NCBI GenBank assembly: GCA_951406725.2
Contig: OX597814.1
Span: forward strand, 1,364,001 to 1,428,000
Direction: 5' to 3'
Length of the DNA stretch: 64,000 nt
From: Octopus vulgaris
Lineage: Eukaryota
In this document: one piece after another, positions 1 through 10,945 of the stretch
Layout: each line of letters opens with the position of its first letter
Numbering within the stretch: the first letter of the stretch is position 1
Notes under the pieces: model-generated
Database searches by the model: none
The model's input: the letters and a program-made list of their open reading frames with translations, nothing else
What the model was told of the DNA's origin: nothing
Made by a program: the position numbers and the translations under genes

Positions 1-4
1 TGTA

Positions 5-61
<57 letters not shown>

Positions 62-76
62 GGATCTCTGTTTCAG

Positions 77-249
77 GCATGGGAGAGATATTCTTTCATA
101 GAGCTGACATTAACTTTGAAGAGAGAGCTGCTGTATATTCTGGATCTGAAGAGAAGAGCCAGTCTTTGAATGATGTATTGGTTACAATGAAGATTATAGA
201 AAATTTTCGCCGTAAGAAAATTCACTGCAAGAAATTTCATTTTAAATGA
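77..249 (+). CDS. Probable terminal coding exon of an unidentified upstream gene (…GMGEIFFHRADINFEERAAVYSGSEEKSQSLNDVLVTMKIIENFRRKKIHCKKFHFK*)
   Basis: Acceptor tctctgtttcag ends at 76; non-repetitive open frame runs to TGA at 247-249; AATAAA at 284-289. Protein not recognised. Confidence 0.6.
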
Positions 250-283
250 TTTCATCATCTTTTTTTCTTAATGTTTGACGTTC

Positions 284-289
284 AATAAA
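284..289 (+). terminator. Polyadenylation signal AATAAA of the upstream gene
   Basis: Canonical hexamer 35 nt after the stop codon of the 77-249 exon. Confidence 0.5.
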
Positions 290-1078
290 AACTTGCCTAT
301 TCAATGGTTTTATAAAACGTTTTATAAGAATGTGGGGAAGAATTGGAAGAAGAAGAAGAAGAAGAAGAAGAAGAAGAAGAAGAAGAAGAAGAATGATGTG
401 TTTCCCTTCTGAATCTTCCATTCCTTGTTTATTCTCTGCAACTTGTAATGGGCAGAAATGGTTAGAAATATTTTTGGAGGTGGAATTGATCGATTAAATC
501 ATTCTTGACAATTGACTGGAACTTTACACTCTCTTTTATCAGCCAATACTTACTTTTATTGACCCCCGAGAGAATGAAAGAAGGTAAAGTGGGCCTCGCC
601 GGTATTTGAACTCTGAACGTAAACAGACAGAAAGAGTTCCGTAAAGCATTTGATCCGACTCACCAATGGCGCTGGTAGTTTGCCGCCATCGTTGGTCTTA
701 TGATAATGGCTTCAAATTTTAGCACAAGGTCAGCAACTTCAGGCGATTCCAACGACCTCCACCGCTGATAATTACTTTATCGATTCCGAAAGGATGAAAG
801 ACAAAGTCAACCTTGGCGGAACTTAAAACCTAATGTATCAGAAAAAAAAAAATGCCACCAAACATTTTGTCCGACGCACTAATGGTTCTTCTACCTTGCT
901 GGTTTCAAATTTTCAGATTTTGGCATAAGGCTAGCAATTTTAGGGTAACTCAATCTGCTGGTGCGCATTCTTATCAACCTCGAAAGAATGAAAGGCGAAA
1001 TCGACCATATCAAAATTTGAACTCAGAACTTAAAAAACCAGTAGAAACGCCAATAAGTCTATAGCCTGGTGTGCTTAA

Positions 1079-1666
1079 CACATAGAGCGCGACGGGCCAC
1101 GATCTTGGCCGTCAGGCACAGGTTGACAGGCCACGATCGTGGCCCAGTTAGATGCATTTATTTTATGTGCGTTTGTTGGGGTCTAATGTCACTCAAATGC
1201 TCCGATACCCCTCAGAATGCAAGAGGACTAATAGTTTGTAGCAAGTCTTAATAAACCTTTATCGGCGGTGATACGACGTCATGGTCATGTTGTTCGAACA
1301 AGTATAATTGTTAGTTTCCCATTGGTTAAAATTACTGCCCATAATTGAATTCTAACTTTCGTCAAAGAGAAATATTTCACGAAATACGGTTCTTAGAATT
1401 CAGATATAAGCAGTTATAAAAACCTTGATTTCTGGGAAATAAATCAGAGTTCGTTGGTTGTCACTTGATTCTACGACACTCGCTTTCATGAGATTTGAAC
1501 AAGTTCAACTAATGACTTTTCTGATGATGTAAAACTTGCCACCATTATATACTAAGAAGGTATTTTAACTATTTTTTTGTTTTTTATGTGTGCATAGTAG
1601 TCTCATTTTCATAAAATGTACTCAGTAATCTAAGCTATGTAATTGTAAATTCCAGCGCTTTACGGG
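1079..1666. mobile_element. Non-autonomous piggyBac-like element
   Basis: Reads TTAA|CACATAGAGCGC … GCGCTTTACGGG|TTAA: TTAA flanks with imperfect TIRs; subterminal palindromic repeats ggccacgatc(t/g)tggcc near 1093 and 1128. Confidence 0.55.
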
Positions 1667-1671
1667 TTAAT

Positions 1672-1918
1672 GTTCCTTCTTGAGCCATGCCAGGCTCATA
1701 AGGGCCGGTTTCCCGGTTTCAGTGGCGTAGAAATTCCCCATCTGGACAGGATGCCGGTTCGTCGCAGCGTTACTCATTTTTGCCAGCTGAGTGGACTGGA
1801 GCAACGTGAAAATGAAGTGTTTTTCTCAAGAACACAACGCATCGCCCGGTCCAGGAATCGAAACCACAACCTTACAATCATGAGTTCAACACCCTAACCA
1901 CTAAGCCACGCTGTTCCA
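1672..1918 (-). mobile_element. tRNA-headed SINE (Meta-domain-like core) with 14-bp TSD
   Basis: Minus strand begins gcgtggcttagtggttaggg…ggtttcgattcc (A/B boxes); flanked by ctttacgggttaat / ctttatgggttaat. Confidence 0.75.
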
Positions 1919-2110
1919 CTTTATGGGTTAATAATCTTACCAAATCGCAACCCATCCCGTTCACATGGTCACGTTAAGGTGTGTTTAATTATCTCCCTTC
2001 TATTTACTGACATGGGAGGTAACTCTCCGTGTCAACCGGAATGAAGGGCAAACATTTCCTTTTCACCGTTTCTTAAGACATCCAACATTTGTTTGGTGGA
2101 ACATTGTCCA

Positions 2111-2444
2111 ATGTTGCCTCCAGTATTGAACCCTCGCCACCTTACCAAGTGTGGCAATCATCTCCTGAGAACCTTATTTCCTCCTCCTCTTCACTACCCG
2201 ACAAAAACACGCTTCTGTAACATAGCCCAGAGGAAATGGATCCACACGAGAGGAACCGGTTCCTGGCTTTGGTCTTCTCAAGACCTCAGCATTGGGTCGA
2301 AGGTTTACCAAGCCCCTGACCTTGCTTCTAATTCTTCCTGCAGACATCACAGTTCATTCCGTTCTAAACGCAAAGAAGACTTCAATTCTCTCAAAGTGAC
2401 TCGATTTATGGAAAATATTTTAAACCACGTTATTTACGAAGATG
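2111..2444 (+). CDS. RPUSD3: RPUSD3-like gene, coding exon 1 (putative mitochondrial presequence, ends …NHVIYED)
   Basis: First in-frame ATG after an upstream in-frame TGA; N-terminus is R/K/L/S-rich and acid-poor; donor g|gtaaaa in phase 1 joins exon 2 to give the RluA motif I string VIYEDDDVVAINKP. Confidence 0.75.
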
Positions 2445-2532
2445 GTAAAATATTTACGTTTTTCTCCGTTTTGTGTTTACGGTTCATATTTGTGACCCAC
2501 GTGTGGTTTCGGTACCTTCTTTACACCTTTTT

Positions 2533-2782
2533 CAGGTACTACTTAAGAAGAGTGGTCCCGGTGCGCGCACTCGCGTACTCGCGCATCTGCGCTAGCTAGT
2601 CGTGACCAGTCGATCCTTTGTATTTTTGTGTTTTATTTACTTTGTGTAAAAAACTTATTTATTTTGTGTTTTATTTACTTTGCTAGGTAGTCGTTGTAGG
2701 ATCGACTAGTCACGACTAGCTAGCGCGGATGCGCTTGTACTCGAGTGCGCGCACCGGGACCACTCTTCTTAAGTAGTACCTG
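2533..2782. mobile_element. Fold-back MITE, copy 1 (~85-bp TIRs)
   Basis: caggtactacttaagaagagtggtcccggtgcgcgcac… is mirrored by …gtgcgcgcaccgggaccactcttcttaagtagtacctg around an AT-rich core. Confidence 0.85.
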
Positions 2783-3064
2783 GTTTTGGTACCTTCTTAT
2801 TACCTGTTTCGTACAGTCATTTCCTAAAGTGTGTATCTTTTATTTGTTTCAGTCGTTGGACTGCGGCCATGCTGTAGCATTGCTTTGAATGGTTTTAGCC
2901 AAACCTCGACTTTTTATTGTTTTTTTGAGTCTGGTACTTTTTCTGTCTGTCTCTCTTGCCGAACTATGAGGCTACGGGGACGTCTGCGAACCAACACCGG
3001 TTGTCAAGCGGTGGATGCATAGTGGACAAGCACAAAGTCATACACACACACACACACACGCAAG

Positions 3065-3306
3065 GGTACTACTTGAGAACAGTGGTCCCGGTGCGCGCAC
3101 TCGCGTAGTCGCACATCCGCGCTAGCTAGTCGTGACTAGTCGATCCTACAACGACTACCGAGCAAAGTAAATAAAACACAAAATAAATAATTTTTTTACA
3201 CAAAGTAAATGAAACACAAAAACACAAAGTAAGGATCGACTAGTCATGACTAGCTAGCATGGATGCGCGAGTGCGCGCACCGGGACCACTGTTCTTAAGT
3301 AGTACC
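3065..3306. mobile_element. Fold-back MITE, copy 2, opposite orientation, nested in a SINE
   Basis: Same TIRs as 2533-2782; the core is the reverse complement of copy 1; it sits in the CA tract of a minus-strand SINE spanning ~2835-3475. Confidence 0.85.
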
Positions 3307-3815
3307 TACGCACGTACACACACGTATGACGAGCTTCTGCATAGTTTCCGTTTACCAAATTCCTTCACATGGCATCGGCTGGCCCACTGCTATATAAAAG
3401 ACACTTAACCACGCAATGAGATTGAACTCGAAATGACATGGTTACAGAACCAGCTTATTAACCACACAGCCATACTTACTGTGTTACACGTTCTACTGAA
3501 GATGCTGGGAGTCTTGAAACTGAGTGTTTGGTTGGAATAAATAAGAGACGAGGCAGTTGTGTGTCATGTCCTGACAGAGCTGTTCTATGATCAAAGACAT
3601 TCCAGCCATGACTAGCCAATCTTATTTTGAGAGTAAATTATTATCCCACATGCCCTTCTTTTTTTCAAAAATGCTAAGCAGGGGTTTAAGGATGATTTCT
3701 GGAAAGTTTTCTTTTAAACATTCTAGGGTTCTTTATTTCATCAGCCCAATTCTAAACCCAGCCCCTGAATGGGATATTGGTCCATCACAGTTATTGCTGG
3801 GAATCATTCAGAGCC

Positions 3816-4110
3816 GGAGGCGCAATGGCCCAGTGTTTAGGGCAGCGGACTCGCGGTCATAGGATCGCGGTTTCGATTCCCAGACCGGGCGTTGTGAGTG
3901 TTTATTGAGCGAAAACACCTAAAGCTTCACGAGGCTCCGGCAGGGGATGGTGGTGATCCCTGCAGTACTCTTTCACCACAACTTTCTCTCACTCTTACTT
4001 CCTGTTTCTGTTGTACCTGTATTTCAAAGGGCCGGCCTTGTCACTCTCTGTGTCACGCTGAATATCCCCGAGAACTACGTTAAGGGTACACGTGTCTATG
4101 GAGTGCTTCC
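3816..4110 (+). mobile_element. tRNA-derived SINE, family R (ggaggcgcaatggcccagtg…)
   Basis: A/B box head; near-identical copies at 32851-33218 and 35363-35530. Confidence 0.8.
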
Positions 4111-4268
4111 ACCATTCAGAGCCAAGTGGACTGGAGCAATTTGAAATGAAGTGTTTTGCTCAAGAACACAATGTATCGCCCAGTCTAGGAATCGAACCCA
4201 TGTTCTCGTAGTTGTGAGCACACCACCCCCACCACTAGGTCACTATGCCTTCTCCTTTTCTATCCCAA

Positions 4269-4430
4269 AGCGCAGGAGTGGCTGTGTGGTAAGAAGCCTG
4301 CTTACCATCCACATGGTTCCAGGTTCAGTCCCACTGCATGGTACCTTGGGCAAGTGTCTTCTATAGCCTCGGGCTGACCAAAGCCTTGTGAGTGGATTTG
4401 GTAGACGGAAATTGAAAGAAGCCCATCATA

Positions 4431-4477
<47 letters not shown>

Positions 4478-4785
4478 AAGAGTGGCTATGTGGTTAGAAG
4501 CCTGCTCACCAACCACATGGTTCCGGGTTCAGTCCCATGTATATATATATATATATATATATATGCATGTATTTGTGCGTCTGTGTTTGTCCTCAACCAT
4601 CGCGTGACAACTGATGCTGGTGTGTTTATGTCCCCGTAAGTAGCAGTTCAGCAAAAAAAGACAGATAGAACAAGTACTAGGTTTACAAAGAATAAGTCAT
4701 GGGGTCTATTTTGTTTGACTAAAAGACAGTGCTCCAGCATGGCCGCAGTCAAATGAGTGAAACAAGTAACAGAATTAAAGAATGA
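4269..4785 (+). mobile_element. SINE family C (CORE-like ccttgggcaagt) with internal TA/CA microsatellite
   Basis: gcgcaggagtggctgtgtggtaag…gatttggtagacggaaa…ctccagcatggccgcagtc; other copies at ~6805-7022, 19280-19655, 23183-23484, 49535-50030, 53092-53505 and 56435-56830. Confidence 0.8.
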
Positions 4786-5711
4786 AAAAAAACATGTAAT
4801 ATCAAATGTTAGATTTTTGGGTCAGTCAGACATTTGAGCTGCAACAGAACTAACAGGATCATTTATCATCATCATCATCATCATCATTTAATATCCGTTT
4901 TCCATGCTGGCATGGGTTGGATGTTTTGACAGTAGCTGGGGAGCTGCACCAGGTTCCATTCTGATTTGGCCTGGTTTCTACGACTGGCTTCCCTTCCTTT
5001 ACAGTGTGTGCTGGGTACCTTTTTATGTGCCATCACAGAAACGCTTTTACATGGCACAAGTACAACAATCTGAAACATTACTTTACCAATATACAGCACA
5101 ACACCACAGATGACTGCATAGAATATCTGTGCTGTTGGGTCTTTGGGTCTGGTTTACCTGTGACCTTTGTTGCGGTCTATAGGAGACATTTGAACAGGAG
5201 TGGACAAGGGATTAAACTGTAACAGCTAAATATTAATAACAGCCACACTAACATCAGTTATCTCTATCTACCATGTTCTCTGGAGGAGGAAAAGTCTGTT
5301 GATAGCCTTGACCGGTTGCACTACAATGTGGCCGTGACCTTGTCGTGTTATCACACCATCATCACTGCTTCAGCAACTGTTATCACACTTTGTTTCTGAC
5401 CTTGACAGACCTTGTAACATTGTGATGGTCACTTTGGCAGATCTTACCTCACTGTGACCATGAGCTTGACTGGCCCTACCACTGCGGCTATGACCTTTGA
5501 GCCCACCCTTCCGGCCTTGACCATGTCTAACCCTACCACTCTGATCTTGATCTTGACTGATCATACGAGTCTGGTCATGCCCTTGACTGACCATACTATA
5601 CTGTGACCATACACATACCATACTGTGTGTCCATGACTTCTGCAGACCCAAGAAAACTCTGTCCAGCATTGTGGTCAGCCCTACCAGAATGTTTTGACTT
5701 ATGTAGTTTCT

Positions 5712-5935
5712 TATTTCTTTATTGTCCACAAGGGGCTAAACATAGAGGGGACAAAGAAGGACAGACAAAGGGATTAAATCAGTTACATCAACCCCAATGT
5801 GTAACTGGTAATCGACCCTGAAAGGATGAAAGGCAAAGTCGACCTTGGTAGAATTAGAACTCACAACAGAGCGGCAGACAAAATACCGCTAAGCATTTCG
5901 CCCGGTGTGCTAACCACTCTGCCAGTTTGCCGCCA
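5712..5935 (-). mobile_element. SINE family N (Nin/Deu-like domain gcctttcatcctttcggggtcgat)
   Basis: Other copies at ~14504-14700, 17881-18285, 19659-19895, 33782-34010, 34282-34510, 36258-36440 and 51063-51587; degenerate copies at ~515-1050. Confidence 0.8.
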
Positions 5936-6155
5936 TTATGTAGTTTCTATTTAGCTTTGAACATCTGCAAACCAACATTTGTATAAGGAAAATGCATGAG
6001 GAACGAGAAACCAAGAAGGTTAGCATTTGAGGGTCAGCACTGCCACCCCCCTTCCACAAACATCATAGTCATGCTCCTCCACCATTGCTACCAAGCACTA
6101 CCACCACCACCACCACTACCGTCTCTAACCTGTGTTATATTCTTCTTCTCATTAG

Positions 6156-6200
6156 ATGATGTCGTTGCTATAAATAAACCAATTGGAATTACAGTTTTTG
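6156..6200 (+). CDS. RPUSD3: RPUSD3-like exon 2 (DDVVAINKPIGITVFG)
   Basis: Acceptor ttcttcttctcattag, donor gtaagt, phases 1/1; carries RluA-family motif I (NKPxG). Confidence 0.9.
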
Positions 6201-7316
6201 GTAAGTTGCTATTTATTTATTTCAATATATTTTAGAAGAATAAATTACTGAGAAAAATTACTCAGGGACCTCCTCCTCCTCCTCTTCCTCCTCCTCCATC
6301 CTCCCCCACCTCTCATCCTCCTCCCACTTCCCCTCCTTATCATCATCATCATCATCATTATCTTCACCATCATTTAATGTACATGTTCCATGCTAGCATG
6401 GGCGGGACAGTACCACAAGAGCTGGCCAGGCCGAAGCCTGCACCAGACTTCTGTGATTGTTTTGGCAGGATTTTTACAGCTTCCTAACACTGACCACTCA
6501 GCAGAGTGGACCGAGTGCTTTTTAAGTGGCACAAGCAGAGGCAAGGTCAGTTTTGGCAAGGTTTTTACTGCCGGATGCCCTTCCTAATGCCAACCACTCA
6601 GTAGAATGGACTTAGTGCTTTTTATGTGGCACCTGCACTAACAGGGTCACCAAGCACAGGTGAGGTCAGTTTTGGCAAGGTTTTTACAGCTGGACGTTCT
6701 TCCTAACACCAACCGCAAAACAAAAAATAAGCTAGTGTTGATGTATTTCATATAAGGAACACAAAAAAAACTAACTAGGCACAGGTGTGGCTGTGTTGTA
6801 CATATTCTGTCAGTCTCTTTTTCCAAACCGTTAAGTTACAGGGATGTAAACACACCAACACTGGTTGTCAAACAGAGGTGGGGGGGACAAACACAGACAC
6901 AAAGACACATGCACTCACACACATATATCATGGGCTTCTCTTAGTTTCCGTCTACCAGATCCACTCACACGGCTTTGGTCGGCCCAGGACTAAAGTAGAA
7001 GACAGTTATTGAAGGTGCCACGAATCATGATGTTCCAGTTATGTACTGAAAGTGACCACAGGTCAAGTGGAAGATGGTGATGTTGTAGTAAAGCAAGGAG
7101 ATTGTGGAGGATTAGGGTTAAATGGTTTGATGGCGGAGAGGCAGATGTTGACCAAGGTCAGTGGTATGAGAAACGGTGACGTGTGCCACCTGAATGAAAC
7201 TCCCCAAAGAGCTTAGAGCTTGTGGAATTGTTAATAAAGAACCTGGCAGAGCAGAGACATGTGAAGGTACAAACCTATCCAACCCATATTACTATACAAC
7301 GATGATGATGATGATA

Positions 7317-7348
<32 letters not shown>

Positions 7349-7486
7349 GGTGCTGCTGATGTCAAAAGTCATATAAATTTTGTCTTCATCTCCTTAATTT
7401 TTGAAATCCTTTCCATTCAGATATTTTCTCCTGTTTGGGAGAGTGTGACAATATTCTCTGTCTGTCTGTCTGTCGGTCTGTCTGTC

Positions 7487-7523
<37 letters not shown>

Positions 7524-7580
7524 ATCTCTCTCTCTCTCTCTCTCTCTCCATATGTGTGTGTGTGTGTATCTGTCTGTCCA

Positions 7581-7624
<44 letters not shown>

Positions 7625-7813
7625 CATATGTGTGTGTGTCTGTCTCTCTGTGCATGTGTGTGTGTGTCTGTCTGTCTCTGTCTGTCTGTGTGTCTCTCTC
7701 TGTCTCTGCCTGTCTATCTGTCTCTCTCTCTCTCTCTCTCTCCATTTCTCCATTGAATTTATCCAAGATCAGGAGTCTGATCTCAACGTATCGTTCATCA
7801 TATCATTTTACAG

Positions 7814-7970
7814 GTCAGAAAGTCCGTGAACATGAAGATGAGAAAGGTTATTGCGTCCCCATATTTGCTGAGTCAGAACCAGACCCCAATCTTTGTCTGG
7901 CAGACATAATGCCACTTCTCAGAAGACATTTCAAATCTCCTGACCTCACCATTGTCCACTCAATCAAAAT
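7814..7970 (+). CDS. RPUSD3: RPUSD3-like exon 3 (…LCLADIMPLLRRHFKSPDLTIVHSIK)
   Basis: Acceptor tcattttacag, donor gtaagc, phases 1/2; frame continuous with both neighbours. Confidence 0.88.
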
Positions 7971-8236
7971 GTAAGCAATAAGGTTTTTTCTTTCGTTTTG
8001 GTCAACACTTTTTAGAACATTCCATAAATTTTTCCTTCGATCTTCCCATTTTCCTCGGATATCCCACAATTCCGATATCTTATGTGCCACAACATCCTAT
8101 CGAGAACTCTGTCTTTCATCTAGCTAAGGTCAATGAGAGCAATACCAGTGATAATACACTTCTATATTTAAGAGATGAGGAATTATATACGTTATGTACA
8201 TTTGATGGATATTTGTCCTCATCTTGTTTGTTATTA

Positions 8237-8280
8237 ACACAATGTTTCGGCTGATATACCCTCCAGCCTTCATCAGGTGT
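8237..8280 (-). ncRNA. Minimal type-I hammerhead ribozyme motif, family A
   Basis: Minus strand reads ACAC-CUGAUGA-A-GGCUG(loop)CAGCC-GAAA-CA-UU-GUGU. Core intact; stems I and II pair; stem III rudimentary. Related partial copies at ~8490-8524 and ~16543-16610. Confidence 0.7.
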
Positions 8281-8596
8281 CTTGGGGAAATTTCAAACCT
8301 GGGTTCTCATTCCTAAGGTATTTTTTGATGTTATTATTATCATTATTATTGCCTTTGCACAAGCAAGATGAGGACAAATATCCGTCGAATGTAAATAATA
8401 GGCGCAGGGGTGGCTGTGGTAAGTAAGCTTGCTAACCAACCACATGGTTCCGGGTTCAGTCCCACTGTGTGGCATCTTGGGCAAGTGTCTTCGGCTGATG
8501 TATCCTCCAGCCTTCATCAGGTGACCTGGGGAAATTTAAAACCCGTGTACACCTTTATGGCTAACAATCGTTTCTGTTTCTCTCCCTCGCTCGCAG

Positions 8597-8704
8597 GTTC
8601 TACAGTGGAGTGTTGTTGCTGGCCAAACACAAAACTGGCAAGGACAGAATGGTGCAGTCTTTAGACAGAGCCCAGTCTCAGGGCACATTCTACCAGTCTT
8701 ACCT
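8597..8704 (+). CDS. RPUSD3: RPUSD3-like exon 4 (FYSGVLLLAKHKTGKDRMVQSLDRAQSQGTFYQSY)
   Basis: Acceptor ctctccctcgctcgcag, donor gtaagt, phases 2/2; SGVLLLAK matches the distal half of RluA motif II. Confidence 0.9.
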
Positions 8705-9365
8705 GTAAGTCACCTTTCGTCATCACCATCAGCAACATTGTCATCATCGTCAGTATTGTCATCTTTGTCGTCATCATCATCATCATCATCATCGTTGTCA
8801 GTATTGTCACCATTGTCATCATCATCATCAGCGTCATCATCATCATCGTCATCATCATCATCATCATTGGCATCCTCTCTGTCATCATCATAGTCATCAT
8901 CATAGTCATCATCATTGTCATCACCACACACAAGTGTGTGTCAATATGTCTATATCTCTAAGTGTGTAGCCTTGAATGCATGCATGCATATGTGTGTATG
9001 TGTACTACCACTACTGTTACTACTACTACTACTATTACAACCCTTTATTGTATTGACAACAATAATGATGCTGACTTCAATGACACTTTAGAAATTAGTA
9101 GGAAGTAATATAATGTACTATTGCCTATGTATATTTGCATCTAGGTACTAATTTCTGTATGTTTATTATCGCAATATTAAGTCGAAAAACTGAGACGTTG
9201 AATGTGGAACATATATATGTTTACTAATTTATATTATTTATTTATATCATTATGTATATGTATAGGAGTGTGAGTATATGCACTCATATGTATATGTATA
9301 TGTTGTATTATGGGTATGTACCCACACCCATGTGGATATATATGTAGACTGATTTATATTACATA

Positions 9366-9492
9366 ATCTCCAAAGAGGCCTTATGATATTTTTGCAAATG
9401 TCTCATTTATATCTATATATTGACCAACCATAAAGGGCTAATATTGGTAAAATGAGACATACTTATCTACATGGCCGAAACAGCTGTAAGAT
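9366..9492 (+). ncRNA. Degenerate hammerhead motif, family B
   Basis: AUCU-CCAAAGA-GGCC(~92 nt)GGCC-GAAA-CAGCUG-UA-AGAU; stems I and II pair, helix III is palindromic, core is mutated. Confidence 0.5.
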
Positions 9493-10011
9493 GTAATCTA
9501 TAATTATATTTATATTTACTTATATATATATTCTCTTTTATATATATATTCTACTTATTATACAACGTTACTCTTTTATGTACACTTTTTTATGTACATT
9601 CCTTTATGTACACTGATTTGTTCTGCTTTTTATATTTAACCCTACAGTCTCTTATGTGGTGGTTTAATAAAGTATGTGATTGAGTATTTTCTGGTAATTG
9701 ATATTTGATTTAGATGTATTTCTCCATTTTCTTATCTTGTATTAGTAATTTGTGGTAAATCATTTTACCTTCGCCCATATAATACAGTAAATGAATTAAT
9801 TGCATCGCAATCATTAACATTTATGTATTAACTTTGTTTGGGTACTTCACTAGCAGTATATTGGATACGTGTTATCCCATAGAGGGTTGCATTTACAACC
9901 CCTATCTCAATTTGTATATATATATATATATATATATAGATATATATATTTATATATATACACATACATAAACACACATATATTTTATATTTAGTGTATG
10001 AATAATTGCAG

Positions 10012-10099
10012 AGCTATAACTGTTGGAATACCGAAGCAAGATGCACTTACCAAGTCAAGTTATTACTTAAAGCAAGAAAGAATCAAAGACAGAGTTTTG
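10012..10099 (+). CDS. RPUSD3: RPUSD3-like exon 5 (AITVGIPKQDALTKSSYYLKQERIKDRVL)
   Basis: Acceptor ttgcag, donor gtaagt, phases 2/0; the junction gives YLAITVGIP, an RluA motif IIa-like string. Confidence 0.88.
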
Positions 10100-10411
10100 G
10101 TAAGTTCCACTAAACATGTCATTATCATATTGATGACAGATTCTTCTTCTTCTTCTTCAATGCCAGCATGGAAAGCAGACATTAAACGGTGATGATGATG
10201 ATGATGATGTTCATGAAATTTCAATCAGTAAAAGTGACCCAAGTCATTTAACTTCCTAGAAATAACAGTCAAATTATGATCTGTTTTTCTAAAGAAATAG
10301 AAGGCAGTCTTTCTCAAACATAAATTAGATTACATGTCTCAAGGAACCCCTGCACAAAAAAATTATATGCCATATCTTTCTCATATTTTCTTATCATAGT
10401 TCACATGGTAA

Positions 10412-10945
10412 ATCATCATCATCATCATCATAGTTTAACGTCTGTTTTCGATGCTGGCATGGGTTGGACGGATTGATTGAGGTCTGGAGATCCAGGAGGC
10501 TGCACCAGGCTCCAATCTGATCTGGCAATGTTTCTACAGCTGGATGGCCTTCCTAGTGCCAACCACTCCAAGAGTGTAGTGGGTGCTTTTTACATGCTAC
10601 CGGTGCAGTTGCCAGTCAGGTGGGCTTGGCATTGATCATGTTCGGGTAGTGCTTTTTACATGCCACCGGCACGGGTGCCAGTCAGTGGGTACTGGCATCG
10701 ACTATATTCAGATGGTACTTTTTACATGTCATCGGCATGGGAGTCAGTTAGGTGGCTCTGGAATAAACCACATTTGGATCGTTCTTTTTATGCGCCACCA
10801 GTTCAGAAGCCAGTTGGGACACTGGTATCGATCACATTTGGATAGTGCTTTTTACATGTCACCTGCATGGGAGCCAGTCAGGGGATACTGGCATTGGCCA
10901 CGTTTGGATGGTGCTTTTTACGTCCCACCAGCACGGGTGCCATCC
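10412..10945 (-). mobile_element. RTE-type LINE 3' end with ~60-bp internal minisatellite and (GAT)n tail
   Basis: Repeating unit gtgctttttacatgccaccggcacgg…; same family at 14052-14885 (+), 15977-16490 (−, keeps TKDRDLWRYAV coding remnant) and 21387-21735 (−). Confidence 0.7.

Noticed and set aside
2093-2599. 168-aa single-exon ORF as given by the ORF track
   Set aside because: The TTG start and the part after 2444 are artefacts; the real frame splices at 2444 into the RPUSD3-like gene.
3490-3535. CTGAAGA…GAAActgagt hammerhead-like word pair
   Set aside because: Stems I and II do not pair and there is no valid UH site; could be chance.
10560-10945. Regularly spaced repeats that superficially resemble a CRISPR array
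   Set aside because: The 'spacers' are homologous to each other, the context is eukaryotic, and no cas genes are present.
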